DNA of 32,000 nucleotides from Methanothermobacter sp. (GCF_030055435.1 NZ_JASFYG010000002.1:51224-83223), one strand, 5' to 3'; shown: positions 17,306 through 27,189, numbered from the stretch's first letter. The notes: generated from the letters alone by a model not told the origin. Program-made: numbers and translations.

Positions 17306-18136
17306 ATGGTTGTAAAAATTGGTATAATAAAATGCGGTAACATCGGGACCTCACCTGTGCTTGACCTGTTACTTGATGAGAGGGCAGACAGGCCAAACAT
17401 AGATGTCTGTGTCGTGGGTTCAGGTGCAAAGATGAACCCCGATGAAATCGAAAGGGCAGTGCCAACCATGCTTGAAATGGATAGGGACTTTGTTATATTC
17501 ATAAGCCCAAACCCAGGTGCACCTGGCCCTGCAAAGGCAAGGGAGCTTCTATCAGAGGCTGATGTTCCAGCCATGATCATAGGTGACGCACCTGGCCTCA
17601 GGGTCAAGGATGAAATCGAGGAGCAGGGGCTTGGTTACATAATAGTAAAGGCCGACCCGATGATAGGGGCAAGAAGGGAGTTCCTGGACCCAACAGAGAT
17701 GGCCTCCTTCAACTCAGACGTTATAAAGGTTCTTGCATTTACAGGCGCATACAGGGTTGTGCAGAACACAATCGATGCAATGATTGCAGATGTTGAAGCC
17801 GGAAAGGCACCTGAACTTCCACAGGTGGTAATAGATACAGATAAGGCGGTGGAGGCAGCAGGCTACACCAATCCATATGCAAAGGCCAAGGCAATGGCTG
17901 CATATGAGATAGCAACCAAGGTGGCTGACATAGACGTCAGGGGCTGCTTCATGGTACAGGATCCTGACCAGTACATACCAATAGTTGCCTCAGCACACGA
18001 AATGCTATCTGCAGCTGCCAGACTTGCGGTTGAAGCAAGGGAAATCGAGAAGTCCAACGATACCGTGCTTAGAACACCACACGGTAAGGAAGGCGAAACA
18101 CTGAGCAAGAAGGATCTTCTGGCCAAGCCAGAATAG
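17306..18136 (+). CDS. mtd: F420-dependent methylenetetrahydromethanopterin dehydrogenase
   Basis: 276-aa ORF. MVVKIGIIKCGNIGTSPVLDLLLDERADR is the characteristic Mtd N-terminus. GGTGAT ribosome-binding site and a long AT-rich upstream region. Confidence 0.92.
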   Translation: MVVKIGIIKCGNIGTSPVLDLLLDERADRPNIDVCVVGSGAKMNPDEIERAVPTMLEMDRDFVIFISPNPGAPGPAKARELLSEADVPAMIIGDAPGLRVKDEIEEQGLGYIIVKADPMIGARREFLDPTEMASFNSDVIKVLAFTGAYRVVQNTIDAMIADVEAGKAPELPQVVIDTDKAVEAAGYTNPYAKAKAMAAYEIATKVADIDVRGCFMVQDPDQYIPIVASAHEMLSAAARLAVEAREIEKSNDTVLRTPHGKEGETLSKKDLLAKPE

Positions 18137-18150
18137 ATCTTCAACCACTA

Positions 18151-18156
18151 TTTTTT
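18151..18156 (+). terminator. T6 tract after mtd
   Basis: ccactaTTTTTTctg, 15 nt after stop 18136. Confidence 0.35.
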
Positions 18157-18324
18157 CTGATATACCGATCCTTTTAATAGGATTTTAATTCGCACAGTTA
18201 AGTTATACCTCCCAGAGCATGGCGTATACTCTGGATGATTAATTGGTCCAGTGGTCACTTGAATGTTATTATAAAACTTTAAAATAGGATTGCATGGAGC
18301 TTGCGGAAATAAATTATCTACCAC

Positions 18325-19116
18325 TTACTCCGAGCGGATGCTCTCCTCACTGACCCTGAAGATTAACTTTCCGTCTCTGTAGACCCTCAATTCTCCTTGA
18401 ATGAAGGCCTCCCATTTTTCACTGGTCAGAGGTTTACTTGCGATTATGTAACCCTCCTGATCAGGCTTCTTCTCATGGGCGAGGTCTATCTGGTAATCAT
18501 CATCAAGGAGTTCAACGGGACCGTAGGGCGCCCTTCGATGCAACTGGTGGAGGCCCTTGTATCCCTTCATGTCATGATAGGAGAAGAGGTGCTTACCCTC
18601 GGAGAGGAGGCAGTTAAAATTTCCATAGCCGTTGATATCATTCAAAACGCTCCAGAGCCACAAGTAATCCTCATCATCCCTGAATTTAACGCCCTCCTCA
18701 CTGATACGGTTCATGATGTGGCAGAATGCGATCTCGGAGTCAGTTGTCCCAACAGGATTATACCTTCCACCCTCAGGGTTATCAATGTTGAGGGTGCCAT
18801 TGTGGGCGAACACATAGTCCCGTCCATACCATTCCCTCTGGAAGGGATGAGTGTTCCTGTGGGACTCATCTCCCCTGCTTATCCGACGTATATGGGATAT
18901 TATGATCCTGGAAGCTATGGGTTCATAGTTCTCCAGGAACTGTGACAGTGGACTTTCCTTTGATGGGCATGGCTCTTTGTAAACCTGTACCGATTGATCC
19001 GGATAGAAGGCCAGCCCCCAGCCATGAGGGTTATCCTCTGACCTCATCCTGAAACCCCTGAGGGAAAAGGAGGGTTTCACTTCCCGGTTAAAACAGAACC
19101 CCAAAAGTTCACACAA
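18325..19116 (-). CDS. Class II (Ntn-type) glutamine amidotransferase-like protein
   Basis: Track ORF 18325..19125 (GTG). TTG 19116 gives M-CELLGFCF, i.e. the Cys directly after the initiator Met that class II GATases require. The GGGGGTGG ribosome-binding site sits just upstream of TTG and covers the GTG. Confidence 0.75.
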   Translation of the reverse strand: MCELLGFCFNREVKPSFSLRGFRMRSEDNPHGWGLAFYPDQSVQVYKEPCPSKESPLSQFLENYEPIASRIIISHIRRISRGDESHRNTHPFQREWYGRDYVFAHNGTLNIDNPEGGRYNPVGTTDSEIAFCHIMNRISEEGVKFRDDEDYLWLWSVLNDINGYGNFNCLLSEGKHLFSYHDMKGYKGLHQLHRRAPYGPVELLDDDYQIDLAHEKKPDQEGYIIASKPLTSEKWEAFIQGELRVYRDGKLIFRVSEESIRSE

Positions 19117-19330
19117 ACCAACCACCCCCTAAAATGTAATGAGATCATTCTCTTGGATTGTGATGCAGTCTAAGGTCAATGTCATGCTTGGATGCAGATC
19201 CTATGATTATATTATTATGCATCCATAAAGTAAAAATACTACTGATTGATATAGTGAGTTGGACTCCCAGCTGCGGAAATAGATGCATAATGAAATGACT
19301 TTAGGGTGCACGTTGCCATGCACAGATTCT

Positions 19331-19915
19331 TTACAATCTGCCCTTGGTGCTTGGAATCATATCGTGTTCAACCCGTACAGCATCCCTGAGTGCCATTGCA
19401 AGTGCCTTGAAGAGTGCCTCGGCCTTGTGGTGGTCGTTACTTCCCCTCACAGAGGCGTGGATGTTGATGGCCGCAGAAGCCGCAAATGACTCAAAGAAAT
19501 GCCCTATATTATCTGATGAGACATCCCCAATCCTGGCACCACTGAACTCAAGTTCAAGTACCGTGTAGGGTCTTCCACCCAGGTCCAGTGCAACTGTGGC
19601 CAGAGATTCATCCATGGGGACCATCGCATGGGCCATTCTCCTTATACCCTTTCCATCACCGAGGGCCTCCCTGAAAGCCTCGCCCAGTGTCAGCGCAACA
19701 TCCTCAACAGTGTGGTGGTCGTCCACCTCCAGATCTCCCCTTGCCTCCACCTCAAGGTCCATGAGCCCGTGACGGGCCAGCGATCCAAGCATGTGGTCAA
19801 GGAATCCAAGACCTGTATTCACATTTGACCTTCCACTACCATCAAGGTTCAGATCAACCTTCACATGGGTTTCAAGGGTTTCCCTGCTCTTCAGACTTCT
19901 TCTCATAGTTATCAT
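19331..19915 (-). CDS. hisB: Imidazoleglycerol-phosphate dehydratase
   Basis: 194-aa ORF. Both IGPD histidine motifs are present (EVDDHHTVEDVALTLG and GSNDHHKAEALFKA). Alternative start ATG 19906. Confidence 0.9.
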   Translation of the reverse strand: MITMRRSLKSRETLETHVKVDLNLDGSGRSNVNTGLGFLDHMLGSLARHGLMDLEVEARGDLEVDDHHTVEDVALTLGEAFREALGDGKGIRRMAHAMVPMDESLATVALDLGGRPYTVLELEFSGARIGDVSSDNIGHFFESFAASAAINIHASVRGSNDHHKAEALFKALAMALRDAVRVEHDMIPSTKGRL

Positions 19916-20102
19916 CCCTTATGATCCTTATAGCCCCTTCAGGACATTTACTTGCACATATCATGCACTGGTGGCAGAATTCAAGATTTGAGGCTCTGGC
20001 AGGTTTTCTCCTGTCTATTGTCCATATCTTGCCTCCCTTGGGACAAGCCTCCCGGCACTCCCCGCATCCGGTGCATTTATCTGAATCCACAATTATCTTC
20101 AA
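19872..20102 (-). CDS. 2x[4Fe-4S] ferredoxin
   Basis: 76-aa ORF with two CxxCxxCxxxCP motifs (CTGCGECREACP, CHQCMICASKCP). Its 3-prime end overlaps the hisB start by 35-44 nt. Confidence 0.75.
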   Translation of the reverse strand: MKIIVDSDKCTGCGECREACPKGGKIWTIDRRKPARASNLEFCHQCMICASKCPEGAIRIIRDDNYEKKSEEQGNP

Positions 20103-20120
20103 TTAAATCACCACCATCAG

Positions 20121-20792
20121 TCATATCTTAAGAACAGTAACAGCAACGGCCTTAAAACCGGCATATACATCGGATCCTAGGTTAATATTCAGTTTACGCT
20201 GAGATTCACGTGTTATACGGGTTTTGAGTTTAATATCACCTGCCTTGATCCTGACGGTCACGATGTCCCCATGCAGTTCCAGGCCTGTAACAGTTCCTGG
20301 AAGGGTGTTCCTCATGCTGGTATCGTACCTCTCACCCATGAGCACAATGTCCTCAGGGTCAACGAGGAGCATGACCTCATCTCCAGGGGATAAACCATCA
20401 ACCACTGGCGCCTCCAGGAGGGAGTTTCCTACCCTTATTCTTGAACCATCCCCTGAAATCTCCTCAACGATTCCCCGGATTTCGTTACTGGAAATCTGCC
20501 TTTCAAGGGCCCTTTTTAATTTAAGATACTCAAGGACGACCCTGACGCCTGTTTCTGTGAGTCTGCTACCTCCACCACCCCCCTTTCCACCCCTTCTGGT
20601 TTCCACGACCTCTTCACCGAGGAGTTCCTCAAGGTTCTTTATATATGCAAGGGCACTGCGGTAGGGGATACCCACCTCCTCTGCTGCTCTGCTTATGGAA
20701 CCCCTGTTCTGGATCAGCCTGAGAAGCCGGAACCTTCTCTCATCCACAGGGACTTCGGTTCCCTCAATGGCAATTCTGTAGCTGAAACTCAT
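20121..20792 (-). CDS. ModE-like regulator: N-terminal HTH plus C-terminal TOBE/Mop (molybdate/tungstate-binding type) domain
   Basis: 223-aa ORF. RLLRLIQNRGSISRAAEEVGIPYRSALAYIKNLEE is a ModE/LysR-type HTH. A Gly-rich linker (GGKGGGGGS) follows, then a TOBE-like beta domain (NTLPGTVTGLELHGDIVTVRIK). Confidence 0.7.
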   Translation of the reverse strand: MSFSYRIAIEGTEVPVDERRFRLLRLIQNRGSISRAAEEVGIPYRSALAYIKNLEELLGEEVVETRRGGKGGGGGSRLTETGVRVVLEYLKLKRALERQISSNEIRGIVEEISGDGSRIRVGNSLLEAPVVDGLSPGDEVMLLVDPEDIVLMGERYDTSMRNTLPGTVTGLELHGDIVTVRIKAGDIKLKTRITRESQRKLNINLGSDVYAGFKAVAVTVLKI

Positions 20793-20832
20793 TTTAGAAC
20801 CTATGGATCTTGTTCTTTATATCCTTATGCCA

Positions 20833-22389
20833 TCACCTTGCCCAGCGGTCCATAAGATCAGCCACCCTGCTTACTGCTCCTGAGAGGGGACCCATCCTTG
20901 ATGCAGACTTCCTCACAAGCCTCACATCCCGCTTCTCAACACCACCTATAAGGAGTAGGCTCGCACCGTAAACCAGGGGACTGAAGATTATTGCCAGAAG
21001 GAGCCCCATGATGGTCCGGGGAAGAGGCAGCATGAAGACCCCCATAGCCCCTGATGCGAATCCTATCCTGAGAAGTGAGAGGCCCGGTGGCTTCACACCG
21101 GTTATCTCTGAGGTCTTCCAGAGGATTATGATCATTATGATAAGGGCTGCGATTGTTGTTGCAAGGGCTCCCCCCTCGATTCCAAGTAAAGGTACGAGGG
21201 CAACGTTCAGTGCAAGGTTTATGACAGTTCCAGCAACCAGAACGTACATTGGAAGACGGGGGTAACCTATCCCCTGGGCGATGCTTGACGATATCATGAA
21301 GAGGGTATAGAAGCTCATCCCAACAACCAGTATGCTCAGAGCACCAGCACCGAAGATAAACTTGCTTCCAAAGAGCAGTTCAAGGAGGGGCTCTGAGAAG
21401 ACTGCTATGCCAACACACATGGGAAGTACAAGGAGAGTCACGACCCTGTATGACTGTACAATGTAGGTTTCAAGGAGCCTCCTGTCCTTCAGTGCGAAGG
21501 CCTCTGAGGCCGCAGGAAGAACCGCGGTTGCCACAGAGAGGGATACTACAAGGGGAAGCCTTGCAACGGGATCAGCCGCAGTATAGTATCCCACGGAGGT
21601 TGTTGCCATGAACACACCTATCACAAATACACTTATATCATATATCGCCATCTCAGAGAGGGCTGTGATTATGACGGGAATGGAGAATGAGAGAAGCACT
21701 TTCACAAGTCCCAGTTCCTCCCTGATGGTCAGCCTCTTTTCTGGGGGTACTGGTGGGAAGTAGCTGTTCATCAGTCTTTTGAATATCAGGATAGCTGATA
21801 TGGCCGAGGCAAGAAAACCCATGGCGGTACCTATAACCGCCCCTGCTGCATAGAAACCGGCCATCACAAAGACAACTGCGAGGGTTATCATGAAAACCTG
21901 CTCAACGGCCCTTGTAACCACGACGTATTCCATCCGGTATATGCCCTGAAATGCACCCCTGAAGGCACCTACTATAACACTGAATGGTGTTATAAGTGCA
22001 ACAGCCTGGAGTGGGTACTGGGCTGCTGGTTTATGAAAGAACTGGTTTGCAAGCCAGGGGGCTGTGAAGAACATTACAAGGGAGAAGGTCAGACCAAGAA
22101 ATATCATGACCTTCAGCGCGGTTACAACAACCTGCCTGGCCATTTCATCCTCCTTGAGGGCCCGGTGCTGGGCCACATACTTGGCTATTGCCGGCGGAAG
22201 CCCTCCAGCGGCCAGTATCTGGAATATTCCCTGGAATGGGAGTGTCAGTCCCAGGAGTCCGTAGCCCTCGGGTCCGAGGAGGCGTGTCATGAGAACCCTG
22301 TAGATGTATCCACCCACCCTGAAAAGGAGGTTGCCGATTATTATAAAGAAGCTGCCCTTTAAGAGTTTGGAAGTACCTGAAGATGCCAT
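20833..22389 (-). CDS. MOP-superfamily flippase (Wzx/MurJ-like polysaccharide or lipid-linked oligosaccharide transporter)
   Basis: 518-aa ORF with about 14 hydrophobic helices. The N-terminal GNLLFRVGGYIYRVLMTRLLGPEGYG is typical of polysaccharide biosynthesis/MviN-type proteins. Confidence 0.7.
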   Translation of the reverse strand: MASSGTSKLLKGSFFIIIGNLLFRVGGYIYRVLMTRLLGPEGYGLLGLTLPFQGIFQILAAGGLPPAIAKYVAQHRALKEDEMARQVVVTALKVMIFLGLTFSLVMFFTAPWLANQFFHKPAAQYPLQAVALITPFSVIVGAFRGAFQGIYRMEYVVVTRAVEQVFMITLAVVFVMAGFYAAGAVIGTAMGFLASAISAILIFKRLMNSYFPPVPPEKRLTIREELGLVKVLLSFSIPVIITALSEMAIYDISVFVIGVFMATTSVGYYTAADPVARLPLVVSLSVATAVLPAASEAFALKDRRLLETYIVQSYRVVTLLVLPMCVGIAVFSEPLLELLFGSKFIFGAGALSILVVGMSFYTLFMISSSIAQGIGYPRLPMYVLVAGTVINLALNVALVPLLGIEGGALATTIAALIIMIIILWKTSEITGVKPPGLSLLRIGFASGAMGVFMLPLPRTIMGLLLAIIFSPLVYGASLLLIGGVEKRDVRLVRKSASRMGPLSGAVSRVADLMDRWAR

Positions 22390-22459
22390 TGAATCACCGA
22401 ATAGATCTGGTGGTGCCTTAAATAAGCCTTTGGGTCGAGGTTGCCATGATAAAAAAAGC

Positions 22460-23044
22460 TTATGGTTTATGGAAATTCAGAAATCTTTTAAACATTTTGA
22501 GGGTTTTATCAAGGGTTTTAAACCCGTAGGAGTCCTCCTTAACGCCCTCAACGGTATCCCTTGACCAGAGACATGCACCGAGGTTCGCTCCGAAGGACCC
22601 TCCGCTTACAGGTATTACTCCGTTGAGGATGTAGAAGGTGTGTATCTGCATGAGGGCAGGTTCCTGCCCCCCGCACCTGTCACCACCAACAGCTATGCCC
22701 ATACCCACCTTTCCCCTCAGGGAGTCGTAGTCCTCTGCACCAAGCGCCCGGCAGCGGTCCATTATGGCCTTCACCTGGGCGCTGACACCGCCATTGTAGA
22801 CAGGGGTTGCAATTATAATTCCCTGAGCCCTCCTAAGGAGGTCATAGAGTGGGTACATGTCGTCCTTCAGCACACACTCCTTATTTCTAAGGCAGTAGTC
22901 GCAGTGCCTGCAGGGGGAGATGTTCTTACCCCTCACAGTGAAGAACTCAGTTTCAAGTCCTTCATCCGCCAGTGTTCCAAGGGCCCTCTCAAGGACGTAA
23001 TGGGTGGCCTGTTTCCTAGGGCTTCCACATATACCCAATATCAT
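22460..23044 (-). CDS. Iron-sulfur flavoprotein (NADPH-dependent FMN reductase fold with compact Cys cluster)
   Basis: Track ORF to 23050 (TTG). ATG 23044 gives MILGICGSPRK, a flavodoxin-like start. CRHCDYCLRNKEC is a CX2CX2CX5C cluster motif typical of Isf. Confidence 0.7.
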   Translation of the reverse strand: MILGICGSPRKQATHYVLERALGTLADEGLETEFFTVRGKNISPCRHCDYCLRNKECVLKDDMYPLYDLLRRAQGIIIATPVYNGGVSAQVKAIMDRCRALGAEDYDSLRGKVGMGIAVGGDRCGGQEPALMQIHTFYILNGVIPVSGGSFGANLGACLWSRDTVEGVKEDSYGFKTLDKTLKMFKRFLNFHKP

Positions 23045-23062
23045 GTGCAATCCCCTTCTAGG

Positions 23063-24283
23063 CTAGATTGACTCGTCCTCGTCAAGGGGCAGTCTCATGG
23101 TGTCGGGGTCCTGGGGCATGTGCTCCAGGAAGTCCTCTGCGGCCCTCCTCACATCCCTTGAGCCGATTATGTACCTTCCAACCACTATTATGTCGGCGCC
23201 GCTATCAAGGGCCTCCTGCATCTTGGATGGTGTTATACCCCCTGCAACGGCCACAAGGCCCCTGGGGCCAAGTATATCCTTTATTTCCCTGATGTTCCCC
23301 CATTCGCTCATTTCACCAATGTCCTCTCCACGCTCTGCCCTGAGGGTTTCAAGGTCAACATTTCTGTGGAGTAGTACGATGTCTGGCTTGTATCTGAGGC
23401 CCCTGAGTTTATCAACGAAGTTTTCAACATTCATCATGTCCAGTATGGAGTATATGCCCTGCTTCTGGGCCTCGTGGATGGCCTTCTCAATGGATTCAAC
23501 GGTTCCAAGACCTGATATGGCCACGGCATCAGCGGTCTCATCTGCGGCCATCTTAACCTCTATCCTCCCAACGTCAAGGGTTTTGAGGTCGGCTATTATG
23601 AAAGCGTCCCTTCGAAGCTCCCTTATCTTGCTTACAACACCAACACCGAATTTCTTGACAAGGGGTGTTCCGGCCTCAAGGAGTATCCTCTCTCTGTTGG
23701 GTAGGGCGTCAATAATCCTCTCCATCTCCTCAATGCTGTCAAGGTCAAGGGCAACCTGCAGGTAGGGGGGGTTCCAGAGCCTGACTGCCCTGAAGCCCAT
23801 GATGGGGTGGCTTCCCCGGTCCTTCTCACTGAGGACCTTCCTTGCTGAGGGATAGTTTTCCATGGCCCTTCTGAGTGCTAGTTTGGTTGCCCCGTAGTTG
23901 TACTGGTATATCTTGCGGTAGTCCTCTGCCTCGGGGTGTATGAATACGCTTACAATTACCACAAGGTCCTCAACCTTTTCCTCTGGGATTATTCCCTCCT
24001 CAACTGCATCTGCAACTGCACGGGCAACTGCTGTCTGTGCCGGCCCGAAGACCTTATCAGCGTCCTCAAGGCAGCTCACTGTGACCTTGGGTACTATGAG
24101 GGTAGCTGGCTTTGTCATGAGGTTGGGCCTTATCACCGAAAGAAGTGGTGTGTGACCGAGTGAGAGGCTGGTGAGGCCATTTGCAAAGGCGGCCCCTACG
24201 TTTCCCTCCTTATCACCTATGATGAGATCTATATGGGCAACCTCATTGCCGCTTCCTATGAGTGCTTCACCTATTCTGTACAA
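23063..24283 (-). CDS. fae-hps: Bifunctional formaldehyde-activating enzyme / 3-hexulose-6-phosphate synthase
   Basis: 406-aa ORF. The N-terminal Fae domain is [23 protein letters not shown]...[13 protein letters not shown]. The C-terminal OMP-decarboxylase-fold Hps has YLQVALDL and [10 protein letters not shown]. Confidence 0.9.
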   Translation of the reverse strand: MYRIGEALIGSGNEVAHIDLIIGDKEGNVGAAFANGLTSLSLGHTPLLSVIRPNLMTKPATLIVPKVTVSCLEDADKVFGPAQTAVARAVADAVEEGIIPEEKVEDLVVIVSVFIHPEAEDYRKIYQYNYGATKLALRRAMENYPSARKVLSEKDRGSHPIMGFRAVRLWNPPYLQVALDLDSIEEMERIIDALPNRERILLEAGTPLVKKFGVGVVSKIRELRRDAFIIADLKTLDVGRIEVKMAADETADAVAISGLGTVESIEKAIHEAQKQGIYSILDMMNVENFVDKLRGLRYKPDIVLLHRNVDLETLRAERGEDIGEMSEWGNIREIKDILGPRGLVAVAGGITPSKMQEALDSGADIIVVGRYIIGSRDVRRAAEDFLEHMPQDPDTMRLPLDEDESI

Positions 24284-24295
24284 TCTTTATCCTCC

Positions 24296-24580
24296 TTATG
24301 TGGTTTGATTTTGAGACGGTGGTTCTGGTTCTTCCGGTGTGGTGTTTCCTTCACCAGGTGTGATTTCTGGTCGGGTCTTCTTTGCGGTTTTTTTGGTATT
24401 GTCTGTGCTTACCGGAGCAGGGGATTCATTTGCAAAACTCATATCTGTTGTTGCATTATCAGCCCAGTCCAGTTGGGTCACGTTCTGTTCCTGAGCCCCC
24501 ATGTACAGGGCAACATTGAAACCGACCATCAGTGCTATGATAAGGATCATGGCACCGATAACGATATTTCTGTAGTCCAT
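24296..24580 (-). CDS. Small N-terminally anchored membrane protein with a low-complexity, sequon-rich tail
   Basis: 94-aa ORF. One TM segment (IVIGAMILIIALMVGFNVAL) is followed by an acidic/Pro/Thr-rich tail with 5 N-x-S/T sequons (NVT, NAT, NES, NTT, NQT). It ends 12 nt upstream of the fae-hps start on the same strand. Confidence 0.45.
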   Translation of the reverse strand: MDYRNIVIGAMILIIALMVGFNVALYMGAQEQNVTQLDWADNATTDMSFANESPAPVSTDNTKKTAKKTRPEITPGEGNTTPEEPEPPSQNQTT

Positions 24581-24660
24581 CAGATCACCTTGATGAGATT
24601 GATATAAACTAATTTAGTGTAGGTGATGATGGTATTTATATGTATTGAAGAAGAAGATAC

Positions 24661-24722
24661 GGGATTTCATGGCTGAAATCCAGTGGAGTTCCAGGTATCA
24701 TGGAGTTTCAGCCAGAAATCCC
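24661..24722 (-). other. Long imperfect hairpin (17 bp, one bulge) between the trpB2 stop and the small membrane protein gene
   Basis: gggatttcAtggctgaaa (24661..24678) pairs with tttcagccagaaatccc (24706..24722). A competing local hairpin ggatttc-atggct-gaaatcc lies at 24662..24681. Confidence 0.5.
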
Positions 24723-24740
24723 ATGGATTAATCAGGGATC

Positions 24741-26027
24741 TCAGATTTTACCCTCAAGATAGTCTTCGTAACCCTTGAGGTCAAGGAGCCCGTGGCCAGA
24801 GAAGCTTATGACTATGGTTTTCTCCTCACCGGTCTCTCTGCACTTCAGGGCTTCTTCCATGGCAACACTTATGGCGTGGCAGGTTTCTGGGGCAGGGACA
24901 ACACCCTCGGCCTTTGCAAATTTAACACCGCTTTCAAATATTTTATGCTGATCCACGGCCCTTGCCTTGATGATGCCCTCCTTCACCAGCAGCGCAACCT
25001 GTGGTGACATCCCGTGGTACCTCAAGCCGCCTGCATGCACGGAGGGGGGTACAAAGTCGTGGCCAAGTGTGTACATCTTGAGGAGTGGTGTCATACCTGC
25101 AGTGTCACCGAAGTCGTACCGGTATTCTCCCTGGGTGAGGGTCGGGCAAGATTTTGGTTCAGCTGCTATGAATTCACAGTCGAGTTTACCATCAATTTTA
25201 TCCTTTATGAATGGGAAAACTGCCCCACCAAAGTTGCTGCCCCCTCCAACACAGCCTATCATTATGTCAGGTGTTTCACCTGCTATTTCCAGCTGCTTCT
25301 GTGTTTCAAGACCTATCACCGTCTGGTGTAGCAGAACGTGGTTGAGCACGCTTCCAAGGGAGTAGTAAACGTTTTCATACTGGAGGGCCTCCTCTATAGC
25401 CTCTGATATTGCTATACCAAGGGAGCCCGGGTGTTCAGGGTCCTCACTAAGTATTTTCCTTCCGAATTCGGTATGGTCACTTGGTGATGGGACAACCTCG
25501 CCACCATAGAGCTGCATTATTGTTTTCCTGAAGGGCTTCTGGTTGAAGGAAACCCTGACCATGTAGACCTTGCACTGGAGGTCCATGAGTGAACATGCAA
25601 GGGAAAGGGCTGTTCCCCACTGACCGGCACCTGTTTCTGTCGTGAGCCTTTCGGCGCCATCTTCACGGGCATAGTATGCCTGTGCTATGGCAGTATTCAA
25701 TTTGTGGCTTCCTGTGGGTGAGTAATCCTCTCTCTTGTAATATATCCTGGCGGGGGTGTCAAGCATCTCCTCAAGACCCTTTGCCCGAAAGAGTGGGGTG
25801 GGTCTTCCGATCATCTTGTAGACATCTCTTACCTCCTTGGGGATCTTTATCCAGCGCTCCATTGACATCTCCTGCTCAAGGACACCCCTTGAGAACACCC
25901 TTGGAAGGTTCTCCAGATTCTTTCCACCCTCCGGGTTTCTGGGTTCTGGTAGTGGTGATGGCAGGTCCGGGTTGATGTTATACCATTTCTTGGGTATTTC
26001 GTTTTCGTCAAGAACGATCTTGTTCAT
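24741..26027 (-). CDS. trpB2: TrpB2-type tryptophan synthase beta-like PLP enzyme
   Basis: 428-aa ORF. It has the extended N-terminus [22 protein letters not shown] typical of TrpB2, the PLP-lysine motif SPTGSHKLN, and GGGSNFGG. Confidence 0.85.
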   Translation of the reverse strand: MNKIVLDENEIPKKWYNINPDLPSPLPEPRNPEGGKNLENLPRVFSRGVLEQEMSMERWIKIPKEVRDVYKMIGRPTPLFRAKGLEEMLDTPARIYYKREDYSPTGSHKLNTAIAQAYYAREDGAERLTTETGAGQWGTALSLACSLMDLQCKVYMVRVSFNQKPFRKTIMQLYGGEVVPSPSDHTEFGRKILSEDPEHPGSLGIAISEAIEEALQYENVYYSLGSVLNHVLLHQTVIGLETQKQLEIAGETPDIMIGCVGGGSNFGGAVFPFIKDKIDGKLDCEFIAAEPKSCPTLTQGEYRYDFGDTAGMTPLLKMYTLGHDFVPPSVHAGGLRYHGMSPQVALLVKEGIIKARAVDQHKIFESGVKFAKAEGVVPAPETCHAISVAMEEALKCRETGEEKTIVISFSGHGLLDLKGYEDYLEGKI

Positions 26028-26166
26028 GATATCACCTTAGATTTCATGATATTATTATCAGCATTTACATGCATGATGTCTCTTCAAAGAACTATTTAAA
26101 ACTTTACAGTACACATCTGTACATTTAGGAAACGGTTAATAAATGGGGGGAAGATATGATTCCCAT

Positions 26167-27189
26167 ATGAAGATACTTGCAGTTGATGTGGGTGCAGGGA
26201 CCCAGGATATAATGTACCATGACACGGCAGTTGATAGAATTGAAAATTCCATAAAGATGGTAATGCCTTCACCCACAAGGATAATCGCAGAAAGGATCAG
26301 GGGAATCACTGAGGACATCTTCATTCATGGTCAGACAATGGGTGGGGGACCCGTAAGCAGGGCCATAATGGAACACATTGAGAAGGGTTGCAGGGTTGTA
26401 ATGACCCCTGAGGCAGCAAGGACCATCAGGGATGACCTTGAAAGGGTCAGGGCAATGGGGATAGAAATATCTGACAGGAACCCGGGCCTGAGGAGGGTGA
26501 AGTTGGGGGATCTTGATCTAGAGGCCATAGGTGGGGCCCTGGGACACTTTGATGTTGAACTGGAGATTGACTTCCTGGGGGTGGCTGTTCAGGACCATGG
26601 TGCAGGTGGTGATATGGGTGATAGGAACTTCCGTTTCATGAAGATCAGGGAGAAACTCAGAGAACCATTGAAACCTCAGCAGTTCTCATACCTCGGCGAC
26701 GTACCCGATTACTTCACAAGGATGAAATCCATTGAGGAGGCACTTGATTATCCTCTCCTTATGATGGACTCCAAGTTCGCCTCAATAGCAGGGGCACTCC
26801 TTGACCCCGCAGTGGACTCAGAGGGGCCTCTCGTCGCTGTTGATGTGGGTAACGGCCACACACTGGCAGCCAGCATACTGGATGGCAGGATACATGGGGT
26901 CATGGAGCACCACACAAAAATGCTGTCCCCTGAGAAACTTGAGGAACTCCTCCTGAAACTCGCCCATGGTGAGATAACCCACCAGGAGGTCCATGGCGAC
27001 GGAGGTCATGGTGCCCATGTCCTTGGGGGAGTGGGTGAGCCTGAGGTGGTTGTTGCAACTGGTCCACAGAGGAGTATTCTCGATGAAACATCCCTCAGGG
27101 TCCACCATGCTGCACCTGCAGGGGACGTCATGATGACAGGGCCCGTGGGCCTCATAGGAAGCATAGAATACAGGGTGGTGATGCAATGA
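26167..27189 (+). CDS. DUF1786-like protein with ASKHA (actin/sugar-kinase-like) phosphate motifs
   Basis: Track ORF 26143..27189. MKILAVDVGAGTQDIM (DxGxGT) and LVAVDVGNGHTLAA suggest an ASKHA fold. The start (26143 or 26167) is uncertain. Confidence 0.55.
   Translation: MKILAVDVGAGTQDIMYHDTAVDRIENSIKMVMPSPTRIIAERIRGITEDIFIHGQTMGGGPVSRAIMEHIEKGCRVVMTPEAARTIRDDLERVRAMGIEISDRNPGLRRVKLGDLDLEAIGGALGHFDVELEIDFLGVAVQDHGAGGDMGDRNFRFMKIREKLREPLKPQQFSYLGDVPDYFTRMKSIEEALDYPLLMMDSKFASIAGALLDPAVDSEGPLVAVDVGNGHTLAASILDGRIHGVMEHHTKMLSPEKLEELLLKLAHGEITHQEVHGDGGHGAHVLGGVGEPEVVVATGPQRSILDETSLRVHHAAPAGDVMMTGPVGLIGSIEYRVVMQ

Noticed and set aside
19191-19225. Inverted repeat GGATGCA-N21-TGCATCC between hisB and the amidotransferase gene
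   Set aside because: The arms are only 7 bp and the AT-rich loop is long. That is insufficient to call it a terminator or operator.
23097-23765. 222-aa plus-strand ORF inside fae-hps
   Set aside because: It is a Ser/Leu/Met-rich shadow ORF antisense to a clearly recognisable Fae-Hps coding frame. It has no ribosome-binding site or motif.
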